From NCBI GenBank assembly GCA_964433095.1, contig CAYSPW010000003.1:7034-71033 (forward strand): a stretch of 64,000 nt of DNA, read 5' to 3'. A program made the position numbers and the translations under genes. This document shows positions 17,993 to 26,890 of the stretch, piece by piece. Each line of letters begins with the position of its first letter. Positions within the stretch are counted from its first letter, which is position 1. The notes beneath the pieces are model-generated. The model ran no database searches. It saw nothing but the letters and a program-made list of their open reading frames with translations, and had not been told where the DNA came from. The DNA is from an uncultured Gammaproteobacteria bacterium (GTDB lineage Bacteria; Patescibacteriota; Patescibacteriia; Magasanikbacterales; UBA922).

Positions 17993-19123
17993 TCAAAATA
18001 AAGCTATCCAAATACCGAGCAGTACAAACGCTGCATGAATGATCCAAAACCTCATTACGGTTTTTTCTTCGCTCCAGCCGCGTATCTCAAAATGATGGTG
18101 AATGGGGGCCATTTTAAAAATTCTTTTTCTTATGGTGTAGCGACCGACAATCTGAATGATGACGGATAGCAGCTCAATGTAGAAGATAAACCCGAAAAAG
18201 GGTAGCAGGAGCATTTTGTTGAGCACGATGGTATTGATGGCGAGCAAAGCTCCCAAACCCAAAGAACCGACATCTCCCATTTGGAAACGGGCCGGTTTGA
18301 TGTTGAAATAGGTGTAGGTAATGAGAGCGCCGAAAGTGGTGGAATTTAGTATGGCAATGGCATAGAATCCCTCTACCCAACTCAGTATGGTGAGGGCGGT
18401 AAAAGTAATCAGTAAAGATCCGCCGGCCAGACCATCCATGCCGTCGGCCACGTTGACCGCGTTCGCTGTAAACATGACGAACAAGATAATGAGCGGAATG
18501 ATAATCCAGCCGATACTGACAAAGCCGTCAAAAGGAATGTAAATATCACGCCAATGTTCACCAAGTTTGTAATAGACCCACCAAGCGGTAATGGCGCCGG
18601 CCGCGAACTGTAAAAGTAGTTTTTCATGAACATGTATTCCTTTGCCCGGATGCGATCCAAGCCATAGTGATCCGCGTTTGAATATGCTCCAAGGCAAGGT
18701 GAGAGCCAGCCATATGCGTTGCTTCCGGTCTTTGTGCACTTTGATTAAGCGTAGTACTTGCTTTAATTTTCTGGATCTTCTTTTATGACCGTAAATGTTT
18801 AAAACATCGTCAACTCCTCCCAAAAGCGCGGCCAAAAGCATTACGCCGATCGGCACCCAAGTGAACTGTCTTTCCCAATTAAAAAGCAGCGTAATCAAGG
18901 CTACTGTGACAATCACCAGCAGGCCGCCCATTACCGGCACCCCTGATTTGCTTTTTCTCGCGCCCATGGCCAAAGTGGCGTCATACTCGGGATGTCTGGT
19001 CAGTTTGTATTTGTACAGTACCCTGGTTAAAAAAGGCGCCCACAAAAAACTAACCACGCAAGAAACAAGACCAAAGGTAATGGCTATTCTCAGGGGTTCA
19101 ATTATTTGCAACGGTATATGCAT
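17993..19123 (-). CDS. mraY: Phospho-N-acetylmuramoyl-pentapeptide transferase (MraY) with a basic insertion
   Basis: PVMGGL, GGVDD, NAVNVADGMDGL, FQMGDVGSLGLG, MAPIHHHFE. Confidence 0.9.
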   Translation of the reverse strand: MHIPLQIIEPLRIAITFGLVSCVVSFLWAPFLTRVLYKYKLTRHPEYDATLAMGARKSKSGVPVMGGLLVIVTVALITLLFNWERQFTWVPIGVMLLAALLGGVDDVLNIYGHKRRSRKLKQVLRLIKVHKDRKQRIWLALTLPWSIFKRGSLWLGSHPGKGIHVHEKLLLQFAAGAITAWWVYYKLGEHWRDIYIPFDGFVSIGWIIIPLIILFVMFTANAVNVADGMDGLAGGSLLITFTALTILSWVEGFYAIAILNSTTFGALITYTYFNIKPARFQMGDVGSLGLGALLAINTIVLNKMLLLPFFGFIFYIELLSVIIQIVGRYTIRKRIFKMAPIHHHFEIRGWSEEKTVMRFWIIHAAFVLLGIWIALF

Positions 19124-19235
19124 AAGTTTGGTATAATATTAGCAGGTAAGCTTGAAAAAATCAATGTATTGTGTTTAAATGGGCTCAGTCTTAAATTAAT
19201 ATCGACGAACACACAGACAAGGAGGTTTTTTTAAA

Positions 19236-19487
19236 ATGAAAAAATGTAAATGCGGCAAAAAGCTCCTTGAAATGGAAAGAATCTGCCGGGATTGTTGGCA
19301 AAGGGCCAATAAAAAAAGATGGGCTTCTTCGCCGCCCGATCAAGGAGGTGACAATTCTGAACACCCAAACGGCCAAAGAACGGCCAAGGTCAAGGAGGTT
19401 AAAAATGAGCAACTGCCGTGGCCGGAACAACTCGTTGGTTCCGAAGATGACCAAGCGAGATTGCCGAGTATGTCGCAAAAGGAATGA
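19236..19487 (+). CDS. Small orphan protein with an N-terminal CxC...CxxC motif
   Basis: AAGGAGG SD upstream; overlaps the next ORF in another frame. Confidence 0.5.
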   Translation: MKKCKCGKKLLEMERICRDCWQRANKKRWASSPPDQGGDNSEHPNGQRTAKVKEVKNEQLPWPEQLVGSEDDQARLPSMSQKE

Positions 19488-19575
19488 ATGTCCTTTTGGC
19501 GGGGACCTGCAAAAGTGCAATGCCGATTTGCAGTCCCGCATAAAGGCAATACACAAAAATAAACGGGAAAATTGA
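19405..19575 (+). CDS. Small Cys-rich basic orphan protein (56 aa)
   Basis: AAGGAGGttaaaaATG start inside track ORF 19267..19575; followed by a terminator hairpin. Confidence 0.5.
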   Translation: MSNCRGRNNSLVPKMTKRDCRVCRKRNECPFGGDLQKCNADLQSRIKAIHKNKREN

Positions 19576-19585
19576 AGTTACTTGG

Positions 19586-19621
19586 AAAGCGGACATGTTT
19601 AACTCATGATCCGCTTTATTT
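19586..19621 (+). terminator. Intrinsic terminator
   Basis: aaagcggacatg-loop-catgatccgcttt followed by attt. Confidence 0.6.
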
Positions 19622-19700
19622 ATCTGTTGACAAATTAATTAATTTATGCTTCAATTGACTTGTGCTTGGGGATAAATCGTTTAAAAAAAAGGAGGAAAAA

Positions 19701-19844
19701 ATGCAAAAAATATGGAACGCGTGGGCTTATGTCTACGACATGGCCATGTTTTTAATGGGCGCCAGCGGTCGTTGCCCGATCTGCGGAGCGGTCTTTCGTT
19801 TGTCATTGGGGCCGGGCTGCCGGCCTTGCCACAAGAAAGCTTGA
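19701..19844 (+). CDS. Small orphan zinc-finger protein (47 aa, CPICG...CRPC)
   Basis: TTGACA at 19627, AAGGAGGaaaaaATG, downstream terminator. Confidence 0.6.
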   Translation: MQKIWNAWAYVYDMAMFLMGASGRCPICGAVFRLSLGPGCRPCHKKA

Positions 19845-19853
19845 ATTTTTAGT

Positions 19854-19888
19854 AAGCCGTCTGCCGACACGGGTGAGGCGGCTTTTTT
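19854..19888 (+). terminator. Intrinsic terminator
   Basis: aagccgt...ggcggctttttt between convergent genes. Confidence 0.6.
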
Positions 19889-20660
19889 AATTTAATCGTC
19901 GGATCTGAGCGATATCCGAGTTTTTAAAGCGAAGAAAGGTTTCATTTTTTTGTCCGGAGACATCTTGCTCAATCCAAGTTTGGTCAGTCAATAAGCTTCG
20001 CGGATTACTCACTTTAATTTTACCTCTCCTTACTCCGTGCTTGTATTGTCCGTCGGCCGACCATTGAAATGAGTGCACATAGTGAATGGTTTGGGGAATA
20101 CCGTCATGCGATTCAACTTTTTCCACAATGGCTATATGATCTCTGTCTTTTTTCGGACCAAAACCCAGACTGATTAGCATATCGGCCGGCTGAGTCAGGT
20201 TTAATTTCACGACATGAGAGTTTTTTTCATGTGCCAGCGTCCTTACACGGGTATTTTCAATCGGCCTGAGACGTGCGATCAAACGGCGGATCGGATTTTT
20301 AACATTTGGGAAATAAATAATAAAAGCCAGTCGTTTGTTTTTTTTCTGTTTCGCCTGTGCGTCAAGCAATTGATAAGCGAATCCGGAACAGTCAATGCCC
20401 AAATTGTGGTCAACCAAAAATTTTTTTAATTGATCATTGCTCATTTTTTTAACATCCTTTCTCTCTCTGATTGATAGAATATTTGCTTCTTCCACGATTT
20501 CTTCCGGAGAACCTTTGCCTGTAACAACTTTCAATCCGCTTTTAACCGCGCTACGGCGATTATTAAAATACGGACAATTTATTTGTTTTTCGGTAAAAGG
20601 AAGATTAAGAAACGAATCCACTACCCGCTGAGCTTTTTTGGTTAAAGTTAAATCCGTCAT
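19887..20660 (-). CDS. NlpC/P60-superfamily cysteine peptidase, no signal peptide
   Basis: GIDCSGF, DHIAIV, YVHS give the Cys-His-His triad; start overlaps the ATP-grasp stop. Confidence 0.75.
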   Translation of the reverse strand: MTDLTLTKKAQRVVDSFLNLPFTEKQINCPYFNNRRSAVKSGLKVVTGKGSPEEIVEEANILSIRERKDVKKMSNDQLKKFLVDHNLGIDCSGFAYQLLDAQAKQKKNKRLAFIIYFPNVKNPIRRLIARLRPIENTRVRTLAHEKNSHVVKLNLTQPADMLISLGFGPKKDRDHIAIVEKVESHDGIPQTIHYVHSFQWSADGQYKHGVRRGKIKVSNPRSLLTDQTWIEQDVSGQKNETFLRFKNSDIAQIRRLN

Positions 20661-21868
20661 ATTAATATTTTTTCACCTAAAGAATTTAATTGATTATGGC
20701 CTGACATTAAAGAGCGCGTGCTTTGAATGCGAATTTTATCAGTTCCGGGCTTGTTATTCTCGTATTCTATTACCGTAAAACCGGTCTTTTCCAAAATTTT
20801 CCGTTCCGCTATTGAAGCAGAAGATCGTATAGGTATTCTTTTAATTATCTGAGCGCCGTCTTTAATTTGAATTATGCGCTCGCCTGAAAGATCAATATCC
20901 AAAAGCGCGCCCAGATGAGCTTGAAAAGTGGTAAGACCGACCGAGCTTTCTTTGGCGTGTTTTTGTAAAATTGATTCAAAGCTTGCCGAAGCCGGTTGTC
21001 TGGCGTTTATTTCCACCAAGTATATTTTTTTGCTCATTTGGTCCATCACGAAGTCCGCGCCATATAGCCCTTTCCAACCTTGTGACGCCAATTTTTCGCC
21101 AATGCGGGAGGTAATTTCATTTATCTGTTTTTTTTGTAGAGAGTTGAGCAGCTTGTACGGCAAAGACCAGTCATTTCCCACCGTGGCAAATGGACTGTCG
21201 CTGAATGTTTCCAGTCCGGTGATCTGATAAATAATATTACCGAGCAAAACATCGCTTTGGGCGCAAACGGCGTTGATGGTAAAGGAGGGCCCGACAATGT
21301 ATTGTGATTTTCTTGCCGGCCGGTTAGGGAATTTTTGCTTGATTTGCTCTAACTGGCTAGCTGATTCAATTAATTTTGTGCCTTGTCCGGTATGGGAAGT
21401 ATTAAATTGCAATATGAAGGAATTTTGCTTCCATTCCAGCCGGGAGCAGTTTTTAATTTCGGTTTTTGGTAAATACCGGGATAAATCGGCCAGCCATTCC
21501 ACTTGCGATATTTTTTTTTCAACCGTTTGACTCAGTTTAGCCGGGGGATTGAGTAGTTTATAATTGTTCTTTCGGCAAATTTTTTCAATGCGGCCGTTAC
21601 TTTTAAAAACCAAAATACCGGCGCCGGATTTTTCATTGATAAATTTTTGTACTTCCTGTTCTTGGAGCAGTTCGGCCGTATCCAAAATCAATTCTTTTTT
21701 TATGAGTAAAATATTTGTTCTCTGTCCGGCGACAGACTTGGCAAATGGGGTATAATTTGAGATAATATTATAGTGGAAAAAATCCAAATCAAAGCCGATT
21801 GCCCTTTCTATGTCGCGGCTTACATATATCACCGGATGGCACTTTAATTTTTCAAAAATTTGCATCAT
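20657..21868 (-). CDS. ATP-grasp ligase
   Basis: SHTGQGTKLI loop, QYIVG, GLYGADFV, LVEINAR. Confidence 0.85.
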   Translation of the reverse strand: MMQIFEKLKCHPVIYVSRDIERAIGFDLDFFHYNIISNYTPFAKSVAGQRTNILLIKKELILDTAELLQEQEVQKFINEKSGAGILVFKSNGRIEKICRKNNYKLLNPPAKLSQTVEKKISQVEWLADLSRYLPKTEIKNCSRLEWKQNSFILQFNTSHTGQGTKLIESASQLEQIKQKFPNRPARKSQYIVGPSFTINAVCAQSDVLLGNIIYQITGLETFSDSPFATVGNDWSLPYKLLNSLQKKQINEITSRIGEKLASQGWKGLYGADFVMDQMSKKIYLVEINARQPASASFESILQKHAKESSVGLTTFQAHLGALLDIDLSGERIIQIKDGAQIIKRIPIRSSASIAERKILEKTGFTVIEYENNKPGTDKIRIQSTRSLMSGHNQLNSLGEKILI

Positions 21869-21906
21869 AAATTAGAGTATATTGCAATATTTAGGTTTTT
21901 GCAAAC

Positions 21907-22866
21907 ATGGATATTATTTACAAAAAATTGAAAGAATTCGGCAAGGTTAAAACAAACCAGGATTTAAGCAAGTATTGTACCATGGGAGTGGGAGGCCTTG
22001 CCCGCTATTTTATTATATTGGAAGATGTGGATTTAATTCCCGGATTGGTTGGTTTTTTGCGACGAAACGATTTGGAATACACGGTTTTGGGAGCGGGCAG
22101 CAACGTGATTTTTTCCGGCAACCAATATGATGGCGCGGTCATCAAGATCGCAGATCGCACCGTTAAGATCAAAGACAACGTGGTTGAGTGCGCGGCCGGC
22201 GCCAATATGGCCGAAGCGGCTCGGATTTCCATGCGGGCCGGTCTGACCGGCTTTGAATGGGCGATCGGAATCCCCGGCACCATGGGCGGTGCTGTTTACG
22301 GCAACGCCGGGGCCATGGATGCTCGGACGCAAGATAATGTATTGAAAGTTCTTGTGTTCATGGATGGAGAGCTGATCGAGATGATGAATCAGGATTGTCA
22401 ATTCGGTTACCGCGATAGTATATTCAAGCATCAAGGAGGCGTGATATTACGTGTTTGGTTGTTGCTGGAACATAGAAAAGATAATTCCAAAACGCGGCAG
22501 ATTTTGCAATATATGCAAAAAAGGAATGATTCCCAGCCCACCGGCATGGCTTCCAGTGGTTGTATTTTTAAAAATGTGGAGAGCGGCCGATTAGATTTGG
22601 ATGAAAAGATGCTGAAAGATTTATCCGTACCGCAAGAATTTATTGACGATGGAATCATACCGGCCGGCCGGCTGATTGACGCGTGCGGCTTGAAGGGTAA
22701 AAAGATCGGTGGCGCGCAAATCAGCGACAAGCATGCCAATTTCATAATCAATCATGGTTCGGCCAATGCTGAAGATGTTTTGGCATTGATTGATTTGGTA
22801 AAAAAAGAAGTGTATGATAAATATGGGATAGAGTTAAAAGAAGAAGTGCAAATAATTAAAAATTAA
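21907..22866 (+). CDS. murB: UDP-N-acetylenolpyruvoylglucosamine reductase
   Basis: LGAGSNV, GIPGTMGGAVYGNAGA, FGYRDS, SSGCIFKN, KHANFIIN. Confidence 0.96.
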   Translation: MDIIYKKLKEFGKVKTNQDLSKYCTMGVGGLARYFIILEDVDLIPGLVGFLRRNDLEYTVLGAGSNVIFSGNQYDGAVIKIADRTVKIKDNVVECAAGANMAEAARISMRAGLTGFEWAIGIPGTMGGAVYGNAGAMDARTQDNVLKVLVFMDGELIEMMNQDCQFGYRDSIFKHQGGVILRVWLLLEHRKDNSKTRQILQYMQKRNDSQPTGMASSGCIFKNVESGRLDLDEKMLKDLSVPQEFIDDGIIPAGRLIDACGLKGKKIGGAQISDKHANFIINHGSANAEDVLALIDLVKKEVYDKYGIELKEEVQIIKN

Positions 22867-22876
22867 CATTTTTTTT

Positions 22877-23221
22877 ATGAAAATCAATATCAATACCACC
22901 AATATGGAGGCAACCGACGCCATCAAGAGTTATGCCAAGGAGAAAGTGGAGGGGCTACGCAAATTTTTTAATAACATGCAACAAGCGGACATTGACGTCG
23001 GTTTGCGCAGTCAGCACCATCAAAAAGGTAAAATATATTATGCTGAAGTCAATCTTCATATTCCGGGAAAAATTTTGCGCGTGACCAAGGACGCGGAAGA
23101 TTTGTATAAAGCCATAGATAAAGTTAAGGATCATTTGAAAGTGGAATTGGAAAAAGTAAAGGGTAAAAAGCGCGATATTGATAGAGAAGTCTTGAGAAAT
23201 CAGAAAGGATATCAAATGTAG
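22877..23221 (+). CDS. hpf: Ribosome hibernation factor (short HPF/RaiA)
   Basis: MKININ..NMEATDAIKSY...DLYKAID. Confidence 0.9.
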   Translation: MKININTTNMEATDAIKSYAKEKVEGLRKFFNNMQQADIDVGLRSQHHQKGKIYYAEVNLHIPGKILRVTKDAEDLYKAIDKVKDHLKVELEKVKGKKRDIDREVLRNQKGYQM

Positions 23222-23374
23222 CCGACGCGACCGATATGTGATTTTTTTAGAAAGACCACGCGTTAACGGTTGTTTCTTTTGTTGGGTTTTTTCCGGTCCG
23301 GCTGCCAAGCTGGACTTTTTCTGTTTGGCGTGTTAAAATACGCAAGCGAAAATACTGTAAAAACATGAAAAATT

Positions 23375-26209
23375 ATGTCTATTTATTACAAAATATTCGG
23401 TGATCCCAATAAAAAAACGTTGAAAAAGCTGGAACCGTTGGTGGAAAAAATCAATGCCATGGAGAGCGATCTGGAAAAATTGAACGATGAACAATTAAAA
23501 GCCAAAACCGATGAATTCAAGCAAAGAATCAACCAAGGGGAGACTTTGGATGAAATATTGGCCGAAGTTTTTGCCGTAGTCAGAGAAGCGTCCAAGCGCA
23601 CCACCGGCATGCGCCACTATGACGTACAGCTGATTGGCGGCATGGTGCTTCATCATGGTCAAATCGCCGAGATGCGGACCGGTGAAGGTAAGACTTTGGT
23701 GGCAACCTTGCCCGTCTACTTGAATGCTTTGGAAGGAAAAGGTGTGCATGTGGTTACGGTAAACGATTATCTGGCTAAAAGAGACGCGATCTGGATGGGG
23801 CAGATTTATGACTTTTTGGGCCTGAGCGTGGGAATTATACAAAACCAGAGAGTCACGTTTGTTTATGATCCTTTAATATCCGGAGGCGAACAAGGCGAGG
23901 AAACGGACAATCGGCGGGATCAAAAGGGGAGTTTTAAGGTGGAGGAAGATTACCTGCGGCCGGCCGGTCGCAAAGAAGCATACGCGTGCGATATTACATA
24001 CGGCACCAATAATGAATTCGGCTTTGATTATTTACGCGACAATATGGTGCAGGATTTAAAAGAAATGGTCATGCGTCCGGGAGCGGAAACGCACTACGCG
24101 ATTATTGATGAGGTGGATTCAATTTTAATCGATGAAGCGCGTACTCCTTTGATTATTTCCGCTCCTGCCGAAGAGGCCACCGAAAGATATTATCAATTCG
24201 CCAAGTTGGTAAAACGGCTACAGGAGAATGAAGATTACAACGTAGATGAGAAGTTGAGAGCGGCCACTTTGACTGAAAAAGGAATAGCCAAATTTGAGCA
24301 ATGGCTCGATTCGGATAATCTGTATGCCGAGGGCGGCATCAGGATCGTGCATCACATAGAGCAAGCATTGAAAGCCGAAATGCTGTTCAAGCGCGATAAA
24401 GATTACATCGTGGAAAATAACGAAGTGGTAATCATTGATGAGTTTACCGGACGAAAAATGCCGGGCAGAAGGTATTCCGAAGGTTTACATCAGGCCATTG
24501 AGGCCAAAGAAAACGTGCAAATACAAAGAGAATCCAGAACCTTGGCTACCATTACTTTCCAAAATTTATTTCGCATGTATCAAAAAATGGCTGGCATGAC
24601 CGGAACGGCCAAAACCGAAGAAGAAGAATTTATTAAAATTTATAATGCCGAAGTGGTGGTAATTCCCACCAACCGACCGGACGCTCGCATTGATCATCCG
24701 GACAAGATATACAAGTCGGAAAGGGGTAAATACACTGCTATTACTAAAAAGATCAAGCAGTGCCAGGAAAAAGGGCAGCCCGTGTTGGTGGGCACCATTT
24801 CAGTGGAAAAAAATGAACAGCTCAGCGTCCATCTGTCGCGTGAAGGGGTAAAGCACGAAATTTTAAATGCCAAAAATCATGAACGTGAGGGTGAGATTAT
24901 AGCTCAAGCCGGCAGGAAAAAAGCGGTCACATTGGCCACCAATATGGCCGGACGAGGGGTGGATATTAAATTGGGTGGCAGTCCGGTGGAAGAAGAAAAA
25001 GAACAAGAGATTAAAGAGTTGGGCGGACTGTTCGTGCTTGGAACGGAAAGGCATGAATCCAGAAGAATTGACAACCAGCTGCGTGGACGCGCCGCTCGTC
25101 AAGGCGACCCGGGCGAAACCCAATTTTATGTTTCCACGGAAGACGACTTGATGAGAATTTTTGCTGGCGACAGGCTAAAATCAATGATGAACAGGTTGAA
25201 AGTGCCCGAAGACATGCCGATTGAGCAAAAAATGGTTACCAAAATGTTGGAGAGTGCCCAAAAAAAAGTAGAAGGACACCATTTTGACACCAGAAAGCAC
25301 GTGCTGCAATACGACGACGTGCTGAACCGGCACCGCTTTGTGGTCTACAAAAAAAGAAGACAGATCTTGGAGTTGGCGTCCGGACGTAATTATGAAGAAT
25401 ATGGTGGCGAGCTTGATAGGATGGATACCGGACAAAGAGAGTCGCATATTTTGGAGCATTACAATTCTCTCAAAGAAATCATTTTGGATTACATCGTGGA
25501 TGAGATTGAATTTGTGGTCTCTTTTCACACTAATCCGGAAGAAAGAGAAATGGGAGAAGCAGAGAAAAAAGAATGGAATTTGAAAGAAATTTATGAAACC
25601 ACGCGCACGATTTTTCCTTTCACTAATGAAGAAAGAGAAAAATTACTGCACATGACTCCGGGTCTGGACGGCAAGCTGGACGAGGCCAAGGCCAGAGAAG
25701 AAATTATTCAGTTTTTGATTGACAAAGCCAAGACCGAATATGAGAACATTGAAAAAACGGTTGTAACGGGCGAGCGGGAAGTAGAAAAAGGGACAGAGTT
25801 GATGCGGCAGATGGAAAAAGGTATTCTATTGCGTTCAATAGATTCCCTGTGGGTGGATCATCTGGTGGAAATAGATTATTTGCGTACCGGCATCGGATTG
25901 CGCGGCTACGGCCAGCGTGACCCGCTGGTTGAGTACAAACGCGAGACTTATCATATGTTTAACCGTCTTCTTTCCACCATTCAAAAAGAAGTGGTCTATT
26001 CATTTTTCAAAATTGGTGCCGGCCTGCAACTTGCGCCGAGTATTATGTCAAACGATAAAATGACTTTGAAAGGAGCAGCTAAGTCCGCTTCCGAGCAGGG
26101 AACGCGCGTGAAAAAAAAGCCCAGGAACGACTCCGGAGAAAAAGTGGGGCGAAACGATCCTTGCCCATGCGGCAGCGGCAAGAAATACAAAAAATGCTGC
26201 GGCGGATAA
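23375..26209 (+). CDS. secA: Preprotein translocase ATPase SecA
   Basis: EMRTGEGKTL, DEVDSILIDEARTPLIIS, ATNMAGRG, C-terminal GRNDPCPCGSGKKYKKCC. Confidence 0.99.
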   Translation: MSIYYKIFGDPNKKTLKKLEPLVEKINAMESDLEKLNDEQLKAKTDEFKQRINQGETLDEILAEVFAVVREASKRTTGMRHYDVQLIGGMVLHHGQIAEMRTGEGKTLVATLPVYLNALEGKGVHVVTVNDYLAKRDAIWMGQIYDFLGLSVGIIQNQRVTFVYDPLISGGEQGEETDNRRDQKGSFKVEEDYLRPAGRKEAYACDITYGTNNEFGFDYLRDNMVQDLKEMVMRPGAETHYAIIDEVDSILIDEARTPLIISAPAEEATERYYQFAKLVKRLQENEDYNVDEKLRAATLTEKGIAKFEQWLDSDNLYAEGGIRIVHHIEQALKAEMLFKRDKDYIVENNEVVIIDEFTGRKMPGRRYSEGLHQAIEAKENVQIQRESRTLATITFQNLFRMYQKMAGMTGTAKTEEEEFIKIYNAEVVVIPTNRPDARIDHPDKIYKSERGKYTAITKKIKQCQEKGQPVLVGTISVEKNEQLSVHLSREGVKHEILNAKNHEREGEIIAQAGRKKAVTLATNMAGRGVDIKLGGSPVEEEKEQEIKELGGLFVLGTERHESRRIDNQLRGRAARQGDPGETQFYVSTEDDLMRIFAGDRLKSMMNRLKVPEDMPIEQKMVTKMLESAQKKVEGHHFDTRKHVLQYDDVLNRHRFVVYKKRRQILELASGRNYEEYGGELDRMDTGQRESHILEHYNSLKEIILDYIVDEIEFVVSFHTNPEEREMGEAEKKEWNLKEIYETTRTIFPFTNEEREKLLHMTPGLDGKLDEAKAREEIIQFLIDKAKTEYENIEKTVVTGEREVEKGTELMRQMEKGILLRSIDSLWVDHLVEIDYLRTGIGLRGYGQRDPLVEYKRETYHMFNRLLSTIQKEVVYSFFKIGAGLQLAPSIMSNDKMTLKGAAKSASEQGTRVKKKPRNDSGEKVGRNDPCPCGSGKKYKKCCGG

Positions 26210-26317
26210 ATTTTTTTACTTGTTAATTTCTAGCCATAAAAAAATATGCTTGAAAAAATTGCTACCGAACAGCCGGAGGAAAAAAAATATTCCTAATTTC
26301 CATGAAAGGAGGCAATA

Positions 26318-26740
26318 ATGCGCGATGGAGCAGGAATCTTCATCAGTGCCACCATCATTTTCCGCGGTAAAGATCCGGAAAACTGGAGGGTGGATGAAAG
26401 CATGATTGATCGTCTGATTGATCACGCGGCGCTTGGAAGAAGGGTTTTTATAGTCTTCTACCATGATGATTATGAGTTTGGCAAACGTGACGAGAGTGAA
26501 ATTTTGTCTATTATAAGATCCGCATTTTATGAGGGATGTGGCATAGAAATAAAGTTTACCATCATGTTTATCGCTTCACTGCTGGATCCGGCTCCGTTCT
26601 GGGAGAAGGCCCGCTGCCATGGAATTGATATGTCTCGTTCAGTGCTTGTCGCCGAAAGTGAGCAAGGAAAGAAGCTTGGCGACATCATTGAAATTGGATA
26701 TTTCAATTATCCTGATGATTTTTTGCTCTTTATGTACTAG
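26318..26740 (+). CDS. Orphan protein, degenerate HAD (GmhB/PNK3P-like) fold
   Basis: GAAAGGAGG SD; GIDMSRSVLVAES recalls IDLSRS.MVGD of HAD-IIIA proteins but the catalytic Asp residues are absent. Confidence 0.55.
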   Translation: MRDGAGIFISATIIFRGKDPENWRVDESMIDRLIDHAALGRRVFIVFYHDDYEFGKRDESEILSIIRSAFYEGCGIEIKFTIMFIASLLDPAPFWEKARCHGIDMSRSVLVAESEQGKKLGDIIEIGYFNYPDDFLLFMY

Positions 26741-26773
26741 ATGTACTAGGAAATGGACTTGGATCCGATATCG

Positions 26774-26802
26774 GGGCGGTAAAATTTAATCCGCCTTTTT
26801 TT
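26774..26802 (+). terminator. Intrinsic terminator
   Basis: ggcggt-aaaatttaat-ccgcc followed by T7. Confidence 0.55.
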
Positions 26803-26890
26803 ATTTACTGTATAGTTACCCTTAGGTGGTAAGACTTTGCTAAACTAGGGGTTACAAAGGGTAACCATTAACTTTAGTAAAGTCATATGA

